52,730 nucleotides of DNA, taken from the NCBI GenBank assembly GCA_964498295.1, contig CAZCGJ010000002.1, positions 1 to 52,730 of the forward strand, in the 5' to 3' direction. Positions within the stretch are counted from its first letter, which is position 1. Each line of letters opens with the position of its first letter. This document shows, piece by piece, positions 16,868-25,724 of the stretch. Under the pieces are notes generated by a model. The model saw nothing but the letters and a program-made list of their open reading frames with translations, was not told the origin of the DNA and did no database searches. The translations under genes and the position numbers were made by a program. Origin of the DNA: Candidatus Woesearchaeota archaeon. Lineage in GTDB: Archaea > Nanobdellota > Nanobdellia > Pacearchaeales > GW2011-AR1.

Positions 16868-19021
16868 TCAGGCTGAAAAAGTATAATTCTGAACAACGCT
16901 TTTTATCTTACTAACAAAATTTTGAGGACTTAAAGCAGCCCCTATTGCACTTTCTCGAAGCTCAAATTTACCCAACATCCGAGTTCCATTTCCAGAACCA
17001 TCAATAACTAAAACAGTAGGGAAATTAATAGTGCCACTTAAATATAATCTTTTGATAGTAACCCCGGGCTCAGGATATGTACAAGTATTTTCACAATTAA
17101 CTCTGTTTGCATACACTAACGGAATTCCATTATCCATGGCCCATTTAGTAAAATCTGCACGATTATATACCTGAAGATCTGCAGCAGTACAAGAAGAACA
17201 CCCGGAAGTTTTTCCATAGTTTACAATATAAAATTTACCATTTGCTTTCGCAAGAGCTTTCGCAGCAGCTAAATCATACGTCCACCTACCAGCCACAGAT
17301 CCGGAAGTAGCAATTGCAGAGTTCTCTAAATAAGGAGTATTATAAATTCCATAATTATTCATATGAGTCACAGAATTAGTAGATATTACAGGAGCAGAAA
17401 CAACCGTCCAATTTACTAAAGAAGAATAGTTAAAATTTTGAGCACCTATAGAGGAAACTGGAGCTGAAACAGCTGTTACATTTACCCTATATTTTCCAGT
17501 ATAAGAATCTACAATTTTAATGAAATCAGTAACTGTCAAATTAGCCTTTACCCCATTAATATTATAGCCTTTTCTGTAAGTAAAGGAAGCAACCGCATTT
17601 GTGTTCTCATAACCGACAATTATAATAAAAGGAAAACCTATACTAACCCCACTCGCCAATAGAGGATTAACATATCTTTGTCTAATTGTTTTAGTAGGAT
17701 CCAGACTTTCATACTTAGAACTTGCATAAATCATTGCAATACCATTACTATACGCCCATTGTTTAAATTCCTCTTTATTAAAAATATTATTTTCAGCCTG
17801 TGTACAATAACTACAACTTTGAAGATTACCGTAATTAATAATGTAGAATTTCTTATTCATTTGAGCAATTTGACTAGCTGCAGAAAGGTTTGTACTCCAA
17901 GTACCTGCAACAGTCCCTGAAAGATTAGTAACGAGAGTAAAAGAAGGCGCAACAGGAGTTTCATTCTCATAATCTGTGTAATTTAGACCAGATCCATTCC
18001 AAGACTCACTACAGTTTGGACAATCCTCTTCTGAAATATTTTCAGTTGAATTATCAACTTCCGTTAAATTAATTTGGCTTTGGTTTTCTTCAGATTGCTC
18101 TGGAATCTCGACAATCTCTTCGATATAATTAGAAACATATACAGTATATTGCTGAGTGCTATTATCTGTTGCCTTAACTATATAATTTACAGGAATAGTG
18201 AAATCCTTACCCACGCCAGAAAGAGGAGAAACTGAAGCATTTTCTGAAACAGAAATAGAAGGCACTAAATATTTCAAAGACCGATTATCTTGGAATTTTA
18301 CAAAAACCCTATGCCTTACATCATCAATTTCGCCAGAAACAGAATCTAAGCTAAAGGCAACTATTTTCTTCTGAGGTTTATTTGAAGAAAAAGTAGTTGC
18401 TGAAATTCCAGAATCGGAAGTTTCATTAGTAATATTTGAAAGAGGACTAGTTGCATTAACCAAAACTACCTCTAAATTTTCGTCATAATAATATTCAGGT
18501 TCCGGCTCTATAGAAATAACTTCCTCAGCCACACAACTAGATAAATAATTTACAAATAAAGACTCGCAAGTTTTTTGACCACCATTATCTTGTACAGTAG
18601 GAATAATTTCTATTTTTTGAACATTATCTAAAGTATAAGGTATAGGATAAACATAAAAAGAACTAGGAGCAAGACCATATGATGAAGAATAGTTTATGGA
18701 CCCGTTATTTGAAAATATAATAAAGTCTATTTTTTTTAGAATAACATTTTCAGAAGAACGACTAACATAAATTTTAACCAAATTGTTTGCATTATCAAAA
18801 CAACTATAGGCTTGCTGAGTATTAAATGACAAACCTAGCTTTTCACAACCGCCCGAAGTAACATCTAAAATATCTTCCTCATCTGAAACACTAGGTAATG
18901 TTGGTTTCTCTTTTGTTTCGTTTCCAGAATTTAACCAAAAAACCGCACCAGCGATAACTAAAAATAAAACTACAATACCTACAATCAAAAAAAACTTTGA
19001 ATTGTCCCTCTTTTCATCCAT
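16868..19021 (-). CDS. membrane-anchored surface protein with Ig-like modules and two thioredoxin-like CxxC modules
   Basis: 717 aa with an N-terminal TM anchor (residues about 10-31) and about two dozen N-x-S/T sequons. It carries an internal duplication: GTVAGTWSTNLSAASQIAQMNKKFYIINYGNLQSCSYC...FKQWAYSNGIAMIYAS versus GSVAGRWTYDLAAAKALAKANGKFYIVNYGKTSGCSSC...FTKWAMDNGIPLVYAN. Confidence 0.7.
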   Translation of the reverse strand: MDEKRDNSKFFLIVGIVVLFLVIAGAVFWLNSGNETKEKPTLPSVSDEEDILDVTSGGCEKLGLSFNTQQAYSCFDNANNLVKIYVSRSSENVILKKIDFIIFSNNGSINYSSSYGLAPSSFYVYPIPYTLDNVQKIEIIPTVQDNGGQKTCESLFVNYLSSCVAEEVISIEPEPEYYYDENLEVVLVNATSPLSNITNETSDSGISATTFSSNKPQKKIVAFSLDSVSGEIDDVRHRVFVKFQDNRSLKYLVPSISVSENASVSPLSGVGKDFTIPVNYIVKATDNSTQQYTVYVSNYIEEIVEIPEQSEENQSQINLTEVDNSTENISEEDCPNCSESWNGSGLNYTDYENETPVAPSFTLVTNLSGTVAGTWSTNLSAASQIAQMNKKFYIINYGNLQSCSYCTQAENNIFNKEEFKQWAYSNGIAMIYASSKYESLDPTKTIRQRYVNPLLASGVSIGFPFIIIVGYENTNAVASFTYRKGYNINGVKANLTVTDFIKIVDSYTGKYRVNVTAVSAPVSSIGAQNFNYSSLVNWTVVSAPVISTNSVTHMNNYGIYNTPYLENSAIATSGSVAGRWTYDLAAAKALAKANGKFYIVNYGKTSGCSSCTAADLQVYNRADFTKWAMDNGIPLVYANRVNCENTCTYPEPGVTIKRLYLSGTINFPTVLVIDGSGNGTRMLGKFELRESAIGAALSPQNFVSKIKSVVQNYTFSA

Positions 19022-19060
19022 CAGAAAATATAAAGAAAGAACTTTATAAATTTACGTAAA

Positions 19061-19549
19061 CTAACCGTTGTCACTAGATTCTTTTCTTAACGCAACCCAA
19101 AGTGCTGCAGCAATAACAACAACAATAAGAACATTTCCAAAAACAGAAGAATCGCTCGCCCAATTAGAGATATAAGTCCAAGCATCTGTAACTGTTAAAA
19201 CAAGAATTATAACAAAAAGAATTGCAGCAGCTAAAACTGTTTTATTAAACCACTTAGGCAAATCCAAACCTTTGTCCTTTTCAACCTTACCACTGAAACC
19301 ATAAATAACTAAAATAACAAATAAAACGACAAGAGCTACGGCAAGCCAAGGCACCATATTAACAATAATATCTCGAGGAGTAGGCATACCAATCAAAATT
19401 AAAGAAATAGCTAAAGAAATAAGAGCATCAATCTGTGATTTCCCTTCGCCAAATAACTTAGACCTTTGTAAAATAGCAAAAATCAGCACAAAAACTAGTA
19501 AAAAAGGCAGTATTCCCTTTGTAAACAAATCCGTAGTGAATAAATCCAT
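19061..19549 (-). CDS. polytopic membrane protein, paralogue family member
   Basis: 162 aa. ILPFLLVFVLIFAILQRSKLFG matches the motif of the two paralogues at 15.4-16.5 kb. Confidence 0.55.
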   Translation of the reverse strand: MDLFTTDLFTKGILPFLLVFVLIFAILQRSKLFGEGKSQIDALISLAISLILIGMPTPRDIIVNMVPWLAVALVVLFVILVIYGFSGKVEKDKGLDLPKWFNKTVLAAAILFVIILVLTVTDAWTYISNWASDSSVFGNVLIVVVIAAALWVALRKESSDNG

Positions 19550-19560
19550 AGTAAATATAA

Positions 19561-19851
19561 TTACATTGAATCTGAACCATCAAAGTTCATTTCTTCATCA
19601 TCTTCTTTCAATGGAATCGCATTCTTGCTAATCAATAAAACATCACCAACAGCCTTCAAAAACTGCTGAGGAACAATAACTCCTCTAGCGCCGCCAAGAA
19701 CGGAGCTCATTCCAGAACTTCTGGAAACTACAATTCTCCAACCATCGATTTTATTATCAGCAAGGTTTACTTCTTCCACGATACCAAAAAGATCACCGGA
19801 ATCTGTGAAAACCTTTCTTCCTATAACTTCACTCAATTTTTTTATTTTCAT
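19561..19851 (-). CDS. PRC-barrel domain protein
   Basis: From the ATG at 19851: MKIKKLSEVIGRKVFTDSGDLFGIVEEVNLADNKIDGWRIVV... The pattern is typical of small archaeal PRC-barrel proteins. The longer track ORF begins at a non-ATG codon. Confidence 0.6.
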   Translation of the reverse strand: MKIKKLSEVIGRKVFTDSGDLFGIVEEVNLADNKIDGWRIVVSRSSGMSSVLGGARGVIVPQQFLKAVGDVLLISKNAIPLKEDDEEMNFDGSDSM

Positions 19852-19949
19852 AAATATTTGATTAAAATCCCCTTTAAATACATTTCTATAGAATAATATA
19901 CAATATATGCGTTTAGCCTGAACTAATTGAATTAAATAATAATGACGGC

Positions 19950-20034
19950 TAAATAGATTTCTATAAGCCAATATACACTAAATCTGTTTACATAAATACT
20001 AGGAGTAAATAGATTTCTATAGGTCAATATATAC
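19950..20034. repeat. 29-nt direct repeat pair in a divergent intergenic region
   Basis: TAAATAGATTTCTATAAGCCAATATACAC at 19950-19978 and TAAATAGATTTCTATAGGTCAATATATAC at 20006-20034 match at 26 of 29 positions. Confidence 0.6.
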
Positions 20035-20105
20035 AAACCTACTTACAAAAATAAAGTTCTCGCCGAGAACATTAGATTTATAAAAAACAAAAGCTTCTTT
20101 AAAAT

Positions 20106-20741
20106 ATGGAAACAGAACAACTAAAAAAAGAATCTCTAATAATTATATTGACTGCTATTATCTTAGGTCTTGCATTATCTTATGCAGAAAGAAATTGGCA
20201 AGCAACTTTAATTGCTTTTGCAACAATATTGTTAGTAATTTTAGTTAACGTTCTTGCAAAAAAATTTATAGCATATAATTTAGAAACAAATGCAAATATA
20301 GGATTTTGGTCTTTGTATTGGTACGGATTTACATCCAAAAGCCATTATAACAAACCGATGGCAATGGCTTGGCTACCATTATTAACATCACTTATAACAA
20401 AAGGAGCCTTTGTTTGGATGCCGATAATAAACTTTGATGTTACAGCTAGACCTGAGAGAATAGCTAGAAGACATGGACTTTATAGATATACAGCAGTAAC
20501 GGATTGGCATATTGCAATTATTGCAGTAGTCGGTATTGTTGCAAATATTATAGCAGGAATAGCAGGTTATATTTTAGGATTCGAAACATTCGCAAAATGG
20601 AGCATATTCTATGCAGTCTGGTCAATAATACCTGTCGGAAGTTTAGACGGAACAAAAATATTTTTCGGAAGCAGAAAATTTTGGTTTTTGATGGTATTTA
20701 TTTTAGCAATAACACTTCTTTGGGGATTAACAGTTATATAA
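20106..20741 (+). CDS. site-2-protease (M50)-like membrane protein lacking the HExxH motif
   Basis: 211-aa polytopic protein. The C-terminal IIPVGSLDGTKIF matches the NxxPxxxLDG motif of the S2P family. There is no HExxH anywhere; the equivalent region reads VLAKKFIAYNLE. Confidence 0.45.
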   Translation: METEQLKKESLIIILTAIILGLALSYAERNWQATLIAFATILLVILVNVLAKKFIAYNLETNANIGFWSLYWYGFTSKSHYNKPMAMAWLPLLTSLITKGAFVWMPIINFDVTARPERIARRHGLYRYTAVTDWHIAIIAVVGIVANIIAGIAGYILGFETFAKWSIFYAVWSIIPVGSLDGTKIFFGSRKFWFLMVFILAITLLWGLTVI

Positions 20742-20777
20742 AAGAATATAAACGAACAATTTTTTGATTTTAAAAAG

Positions 20778-22310
20778 ATGACAACATTAACACCTAGAGA
20801 TTATCAAAGTTCAATTCTTGAAGTATGTAAAAAAGAATCTTGTCTAGTTATTCTCCCGACAGGTACTGGAAAAACATTAGTTGCATTAATGCTTGCTATG
20901 GAAGTATTTAGAAATAACCCTCTCCAGAAAGTAGTGTTTCTTGCACCAACGCGTCCTTTAATCGAACAACATGTAGAATACTTTACAAAAAATCTCCTGG
21001 AGGGATTTGCGCAAATAGATTTATTCACAGGAAAAACGCCTGCAGATCAAAGAAAAAAAATTTGGCAAAGAGCAGAATTTATTTTCTCAACACCACAATG
21101 TATTGCTAATGACTTAAAGAAAGGACTCTACGATTTATCAGAAGTTTGCCTGTTAATCCAAGACGAATGCCATAGATGTCTAAAAAATTACTCATATAAC
21201 TTAATATCTCAAAAATATAAAGAACAATCTATCAAACCACATGTCTTAGGACTAACAGCTTCTCCAGGAAGCGATAAAGCAACAATAAAGAAAGTATGCG
21301 ATAATTTAGGAATAAATTCTGTAGAGATCAGAACAAGAGACTCTCCGGATGTAAAACCCTACCTGCAAGAAAGAGAATTTGAGAAAATAGAAATAGAGTT
21401 TCCAATTGAATTTGAAGAAATACGTCAGTTAATGAGAGATGTGGTAAATGACAAAATAAATTCCCTTAGAGATATGAAAATCTTATTCGGCCCAGCAACA
21501 AAGGTAGCACTACTTGAATGTCAAAAAAAACTTTTCAAACATTTAGAATCAGGAGATAAAAATCCAAGCTACTTTGCAGGAATATCTGCCTGCTCACAAG
21601 CAATAAAAATTCAACACTCCTTAGAACTTCTAGAAACTCAAACAATAGGCTCTTTTATTAATTATATAAAAACAATTTTCAAAGAAGCTGAAGAAAAGAA
21701 ATCAAAAGGAGTTCAAATCTTAGCAAAGGATTTGAGAATAGGAAAAGCATTCACAATTGCAACAACCTTAGATTTGGAACATCCGAAACTAAACAAAATA
21801 AAAGAAATAGTAGAAGAAGCCATAAATTCAAACCCTAAAGCAAAAATAATTATTTTCGCACAATTTAGAGAAACAGTAAAGAAAATATCAGATATGCTTT
21901 CCACAAATCCATTACTAAAACCCGGAATATTTGTAGGTCAAGCAATGAAAGAACATGACCAAGGAAAATCTCATACAGGGTTAAAACAAAAAGAACAAAA
22001 AGAAATGATTGAAAAGTTTTCAAGAGGAGAAATAAATGTTTTATGTGCAACCTCTATTGCAGAAGAAGGATTAGACATTCCAGAAGTTAGCGAAGTTATT
22101 TTTTATGAGCCAGTTCCATCGGCAATTAGAACAATTCAAAGAGCAGGAAGAACTGCAAGACTTTTTCCAGGAAAATTAAAAATATTAATTACAAAAGACA
22201 CTAGAGATCAGATTTCACATTATGCTTCACAAGCAAAAGAAAGAAGAATGCATAAGGCAATCCAAGAAATAAAAAATGATTTCGATAATGGCCAGAAAAG
22301 CTTATTCTGA
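20778..22310 (+). CDS. hef: Hef/FANCM-type SF2 helicase (helicase part only)
   Basis: RDYQ...LPTGTGKT (motif I), DECHR (motif II), TASPG (motif III), and the C-terminal helicase lobe (ATSIAEEGLDIP, QRAGRTAR). Confidence 0.85.
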   Translation: MTTLTPRDYQSSILEVCKKESCLVILPTGTGKTLVALMLAMEVFRNNPLQKVVFLAPTRPLIEQHVEYFTKNLLEGFAQIDLFTGKTPADQRKKIWQRAEFIFSTPQCIANDLKKGLYDLSEVCLLIQDECHRCLKNYSYNLISQKYKEQSIKPHVLGLTASPGSDKATIKKVCDNLGINSVEIRTRDSPDVKPYLQEREFEKIEIEFPIEFEEIRQLMRDVVNDKINSLRDMKILFGPATKVALLECQKKLFKHLESGDKNPSYFAGISACSQAIKIQHSLELLETQTIGSFINYIKTIFKEAEEKKSKGVQILAKDLRIGKAFTIATTLDLEHPKLNKIKEIVEEAINSNPKAKIIIFAQFRETVKKISDMLSTNPLLKPGIFVGQAMKEHDQGKSHTGLKQKEQKEMIEKFSRGEINVLCATSIAEEGLDIPEVSEVIFYEPVPSAIRTIQRAGRTARLFPGKLKILITKDTRDQISHYASQAKERRMHKAIQEIKNDFDNGQKSLF

Positions 22311-22366
22311 AATATACATTCCACCGCATATTTGTTTAAAAATAGATAATCTATAAATAATAAAGT

Positions 22367-23407
22367 ATGGCACGAATAATCGGACAAGGTTTTTCTTTTG
22401 ATGACGTTCTTATAATTCCGAGATATAATAAAATTCGTTCTAGAACACAAGTAGATTTCAAAACAAGAGTAACAAGAAACTATTCTATCAATATCCCTAT
22501 TGTTGCAGCCAATATGGACACCGTTTGTGAAAAAAAGATGGCAATAACAATTGGAAAGTTAGGAGGCTTGGGAGTTCTTCACAGATTTATGACTATAGAA
22601 AAACAAGTAGAAGAAGTAAAAGCAGTCAAACATGAAAATCTAATTTGCGCAGCAGCAATTGGAATAAAAGATTACGAACAAAGAGTCCCATTACTTGTTG
22701 CAGCAGGAGTTAATATATTAGTTTTAGACATTGCACACGGACATTCGAAATATGCTGGAAAAACATTAGACTGGATAAAGGAAAATTATAAGCAAGTAGA
22801 TGTAATGGTAGGAAACATTGCAACAAAAGATGCAGCAGACTATTTCTTATCTAAAGGAGCAGATGCTGTAAAGGTAGGGATAGGTCCAGGAGCAATGTGT
22901 ACAACAAGAATAATGACTGGTGCAGGAGTCCCACAATTAACCGCCATAATGGATGTCTATGAAGCAATAAGAGGAGAGATACCTATTTGTGCAGATGGAG
23001 GAATAAAAAGACCAGGAGATATAACTAAAGCCCTAGGTGCTGGAGCAAACACTGTAATGGTTGGCTTTGTTCTTGCAGGAACAGATGAAACACCGGGAAT
23101 ATTAGTCAAGAAGAACGGAAAGTATTATAAGAATTATATGGGAATGGCGAGTTATGATGCTACATTGAAAAAACATAATTTGAATGGTGAGAAAAAAGAA
23201 GTAATTAGTGTAGAAGGGGAGAAAACACTAGTTCCATACAAAGGAAAGGCAGAACCTATCATTAAAAAATTTATAGGCGGGCTTGCATCAGGCATGACCT
23301 ACCAAGGAGCAGAAAATATGACAAAATTAATCGGAAGAGCAGACTTTATACAAATAACAACATCAGGTTTTCAAGAAAGCATAGCACACGGAAAAAAAGA
23401 ATATTAA
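22367..23407 (+). CDS. IMP dehydrogenase/GMP reductase family protein without a CBS insert
   Basis: 346 aa. N-terminal FDDVLIIPR and the catalytic loop [11 protein letters not shown]. The length fits GMP reductase or a short IMPDH. Confidence 0.8.
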   Translation: MARIIGQGFSFDDVLIIPRYNKIRSRTQVDFKTRVTRNYSINIPIVAANMDTVCEKKMAITIGKLGGLGVLHRFMTIEKQVEEVKAVKHENLICAAAIGIKDYEQRVPLLVAAGVNILVLDIAHGHSKYAGKTLDWIKENYKQVDVMVGNIATKDAADYFLSKGADAVKVGIGPGAMCTTRIMTGAGVPQLTAIMDVYEAIRGEIPICADGGIKRPGDITKALGAGANTVMVGFVLAGTDETPGILVKKNGKYYKNYMGMASYDATLKKHNLNGEKKEVISVEGEKTLVPYKGKAEPIIKKFIGGLASGMTYQGAENMTKLIGRADFIQITTSGFQESIAHGKKEY

Positions 23408-24087
23408 CTTTTTAACAATTTCTTAAAATTATCAAGTTTCTTTTCGTCAAATAATTCTGTCTTAACCAATTTTTCTTTTGGACAAGTAAATATTTTTTCA
23501 AGAGTCTTAAATTTTTCAATAAGAGCTTTTGCAGTCGTAGGGCCTACTCCTGGAAAACCTTCTAAAATAAACTGCTTCTGTTCTTCAAAAGTCATCTCTG
23601 TTTTCTTAAATCTAAGAGAATTATCTTTTTCAGATTTTTCTAATCTTTTAGCAAGAACTAATAACAATTTTGCACTATCTTCCTCATTTTGAGAATAAAT
23701 TATGGGAATTCCGAAATCAAGAGCACAAGACAAAATCATTCCCCTAATAGCATTTTCATTTATTATAGAATCACGGAAGTTATACAAAAAACCCTCAAGC
23801 AATAAAAAACTTTTAGTATATTTTTTAAGTTCAGTAAGTTGCTTCATAAGTCTTTTATCAATTATACTAGCCTGAAAATCTTTGAATGTTTTTCTTTCAA
23901 TAACAATATCTCCAACTATATAATCACCAATGTCTAACTTCTCAAATTTAACATTTGCGCCCTTTCCGGAAAGATAAGAATAAACCAACGACTGTTTTTC
24001 CCTAGTATCTACAATTATCGGAAATTTGTTCTGTTCCACACTTTTAACTTCAACACTTTTAGAAAAAATATTTTCAATTTCTTTCAT
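23404..24087 (-). CDS. XPF/ERCC4-family nuclease with a C-terminal (HhH)2
   Basis: IIVDTREK...GDYIV...IERKTFKDF (ERCC4 motifs) and GFPGVGPTTAKALIEKF (HhH). The track start is GTG at 24102; the first ATG is at 24087. Confidence 0.85.
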   Translation of the reverse strand: MKEIENIFSKSVEVKSVEQNKFPIIVDTREKQSLVYSYLSGKGANVKFEKLDIGDYIVGDIVIERKTFKDFQASIIDKRLMKQLTELKKYTKSFLLLEGFLYNFRDSIINENAIRGMILSCALDFGIPIIYSQNEEDSAKLLLVLAKRLEKSEKDNSLRFKKTEMTFEEQKQFILEGFPGVGPTTAKALIEKFKTLEKIFTCPKEKLVKTELFDEKKLDNFKKLLKS

Positions 24088-24134
24088 TTTACTAAACACC
24101 ACTAATAAAAATTATTAAAACAGATTTATAAAAT

Positions 24135-24389
24135 TTACACTTCATCTAACTCATTCATTAAGACATTAACCAGCTCTCCATTTAAATATGGATCGAAATC
24201 TCGCTTCTTATCTTCCAAATAAGAAGCAACCTTATAGACATAATCTCTTTCTCCCGGAGGACTAACTTCTTGATAAAATAGATAGCCTTCTGCCCACTCC
24301 GAAAGACTTGATTTTCCAAACCGCGTAGAATCTATTGCATCAATAATAATCCCTCTCTTTAAACCATAAGGGAGTTTAAGTTTATCCAT
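24135..24389 (-). CDS. hypothetical protein
   Basis: The track ORF starts at GTG 24428; the first ATG is at 24389 (MDKLKLPYGLKRG...). No family recognised. Confidence 0.4.
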   Translation of the reverse strand: MDKLKLPYGLKRGIIIDAIDSTRFGKSSLSEWAEGYLFYQEVSPPGERDYVYKVASYLEDKKRDFDPYLNGELVNVLMNELDEV

Positions 24390-24496
24390 TAAAACATAAA
24401 AACAAATTTTCAATTTAAAAATAAACACGATAGTAAAAGATATATTTCACAAAACAAAAGTCATTTAAACCCTCAAATACTTAAGATTTTATATTT

Positions 24497-25690
24497 TTAA
24501 GGACTTAAAACTGAGTAAGAAAACTTTGTATTCTTTGCAAGAGCTTGCAACTGATCTAAACTAACACTTTGAATATTTTTTTCAAATTGATAATACTTCT
24601 CAGCCTTATCTAAAATTTCCTCCATCACTAAATTAACAACAGTTTCCTCGCTCCCCTCTGATTCAATAAGGTAATTACCTACAATCTGTCTTTTTGCTTC
24701 CTCTAATTCTTCCTTAGAGATATTCTCCATCTTCTTAAACTCTTTAGAAACAATATCTATCACTTGCTTTACCTTACTTTTATCAGTCCCAGCATAAATC
24801 AACAAATAACCATAATCCCTACCAACATCAAAATCAGATTTAATTGCATAAACAAGCCCTAGTTTTTCTCTAACCTCTAAAAATAATTTAGAAGACATAC
24901 CATCTCCAAAAATAGAATTAAACAATTGAGCTGCATATCTCTCTTTTGAACTCCCAATAGGAAAATGAAAACCCATTGCAAGATTTGCTTGCTCCAAACC
25001 GGGCCTTTTCTCTTCCGAAGTTAAACTGATTTTCTTAGGCATTTGGCTTTTTTCAAGAGAACTATTAGTTGGAAAATCGAATTTGTTTACAAACTTCATA
25101 ACATCAGACAATGAATTATTTCCAACGACACACAATACAGAATTTGCCGGACAATATTTAGCTTTGTGTTTTTTAATAATCTCTTCCCTAGTTAAAGAAA
25201 GAATAGTCTTCTCATCACCAGAAATATTTAATCCGAAAGGTTTTTCATACAAACTCTGTTTAAGTTTATCACAAACATAAACTCGAGGATTATCCTTACG
25301 CATTTTAATCTCTTCACATATAACTTTTATTTCCTTCTTTATTTCTTCCTCAGGAAAATTAGAATTAAAATAAATATCAAACAGAACATCCAAAGCTACA
25401 TCCAAATGTTTTGAAGGAAGCTTTGCATGATAAAGAGTCACTTCTTCATGCGTAAATGCATTCAAAATACCTCCAATCTTTTCAATCTCAGAAGAAATTT
25501 CCTTTGAGCTCCTTCTTTTAGTGCCTTTAAAGCACAAATGTTCAATAACATGGCTAATACCTTTTTCCGCTTCTTTCTCATATTCAGCCCCAAATCTGCT
25601 TGCAATAGCAACAGTTGTAACAGGTACATCTCTCTTCTCATGCAAAATAGTTAAACCATTAGACAATATTTTTTTTGTAAACTTTACCAT
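24497..25690 (-). CDS. M16 (pitrilysin/insulinase) family zinc peptidase
   Basis: The inverted zinc motif HxxEH is present (HVIEHLCFKGT). 397 aa with the two-lobe M16 layout. Confidence 0.8.
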   Translation of the reverse strand: MVKFTKKILSNGLTILHEKRDVPVTTVAIASRFGAEYEKEAEKGISHVIEHLCFKGTKRRSSKEISSEIEKIGGILNAFTHEEVTLYHAKLPSKHLDVALDVLFDIYFNSNFPEEEIKKEIKVICEEIKMRKDNPRVYVCDKLKQSLYEKPFGLNISGDEKTILSLTREEIIKKHKAKYCPANSVLCVVGNNSLSDVMKFVNKFDFPTNSSLEKSQMPKKISLTSEEKRPGLEQANLAMGFHFPIGSSKERYAAQLFNSIFGDGMSSKLFLEVREKLGLVYAIKSDFDVGRDYGYLLIYAGTDKSKVKQVIDIVSKEFKKMENISKEELEEAKRQIVGNYLIESEGSEETVVNLVMEEILDKAEKYYQFEKNIQSVSLDQLQALAKNTKFSYSVLSP

Positions 25691-25724
25691 ATCAACCTCA
25701 TTACTATAAAATATTGAAGTACAT

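Noticed and set aside
19061-19549. N-terminus MDLFTTDLFTKG/ILPFLLVFVLIF resembles a class III (prepilin) signal peptide
   Set aside because: The protein has three further TM segments, and its two paralogues lack the K-G cleavage context. It is therefore treated as a polytopic membrane protein, not a pilin.
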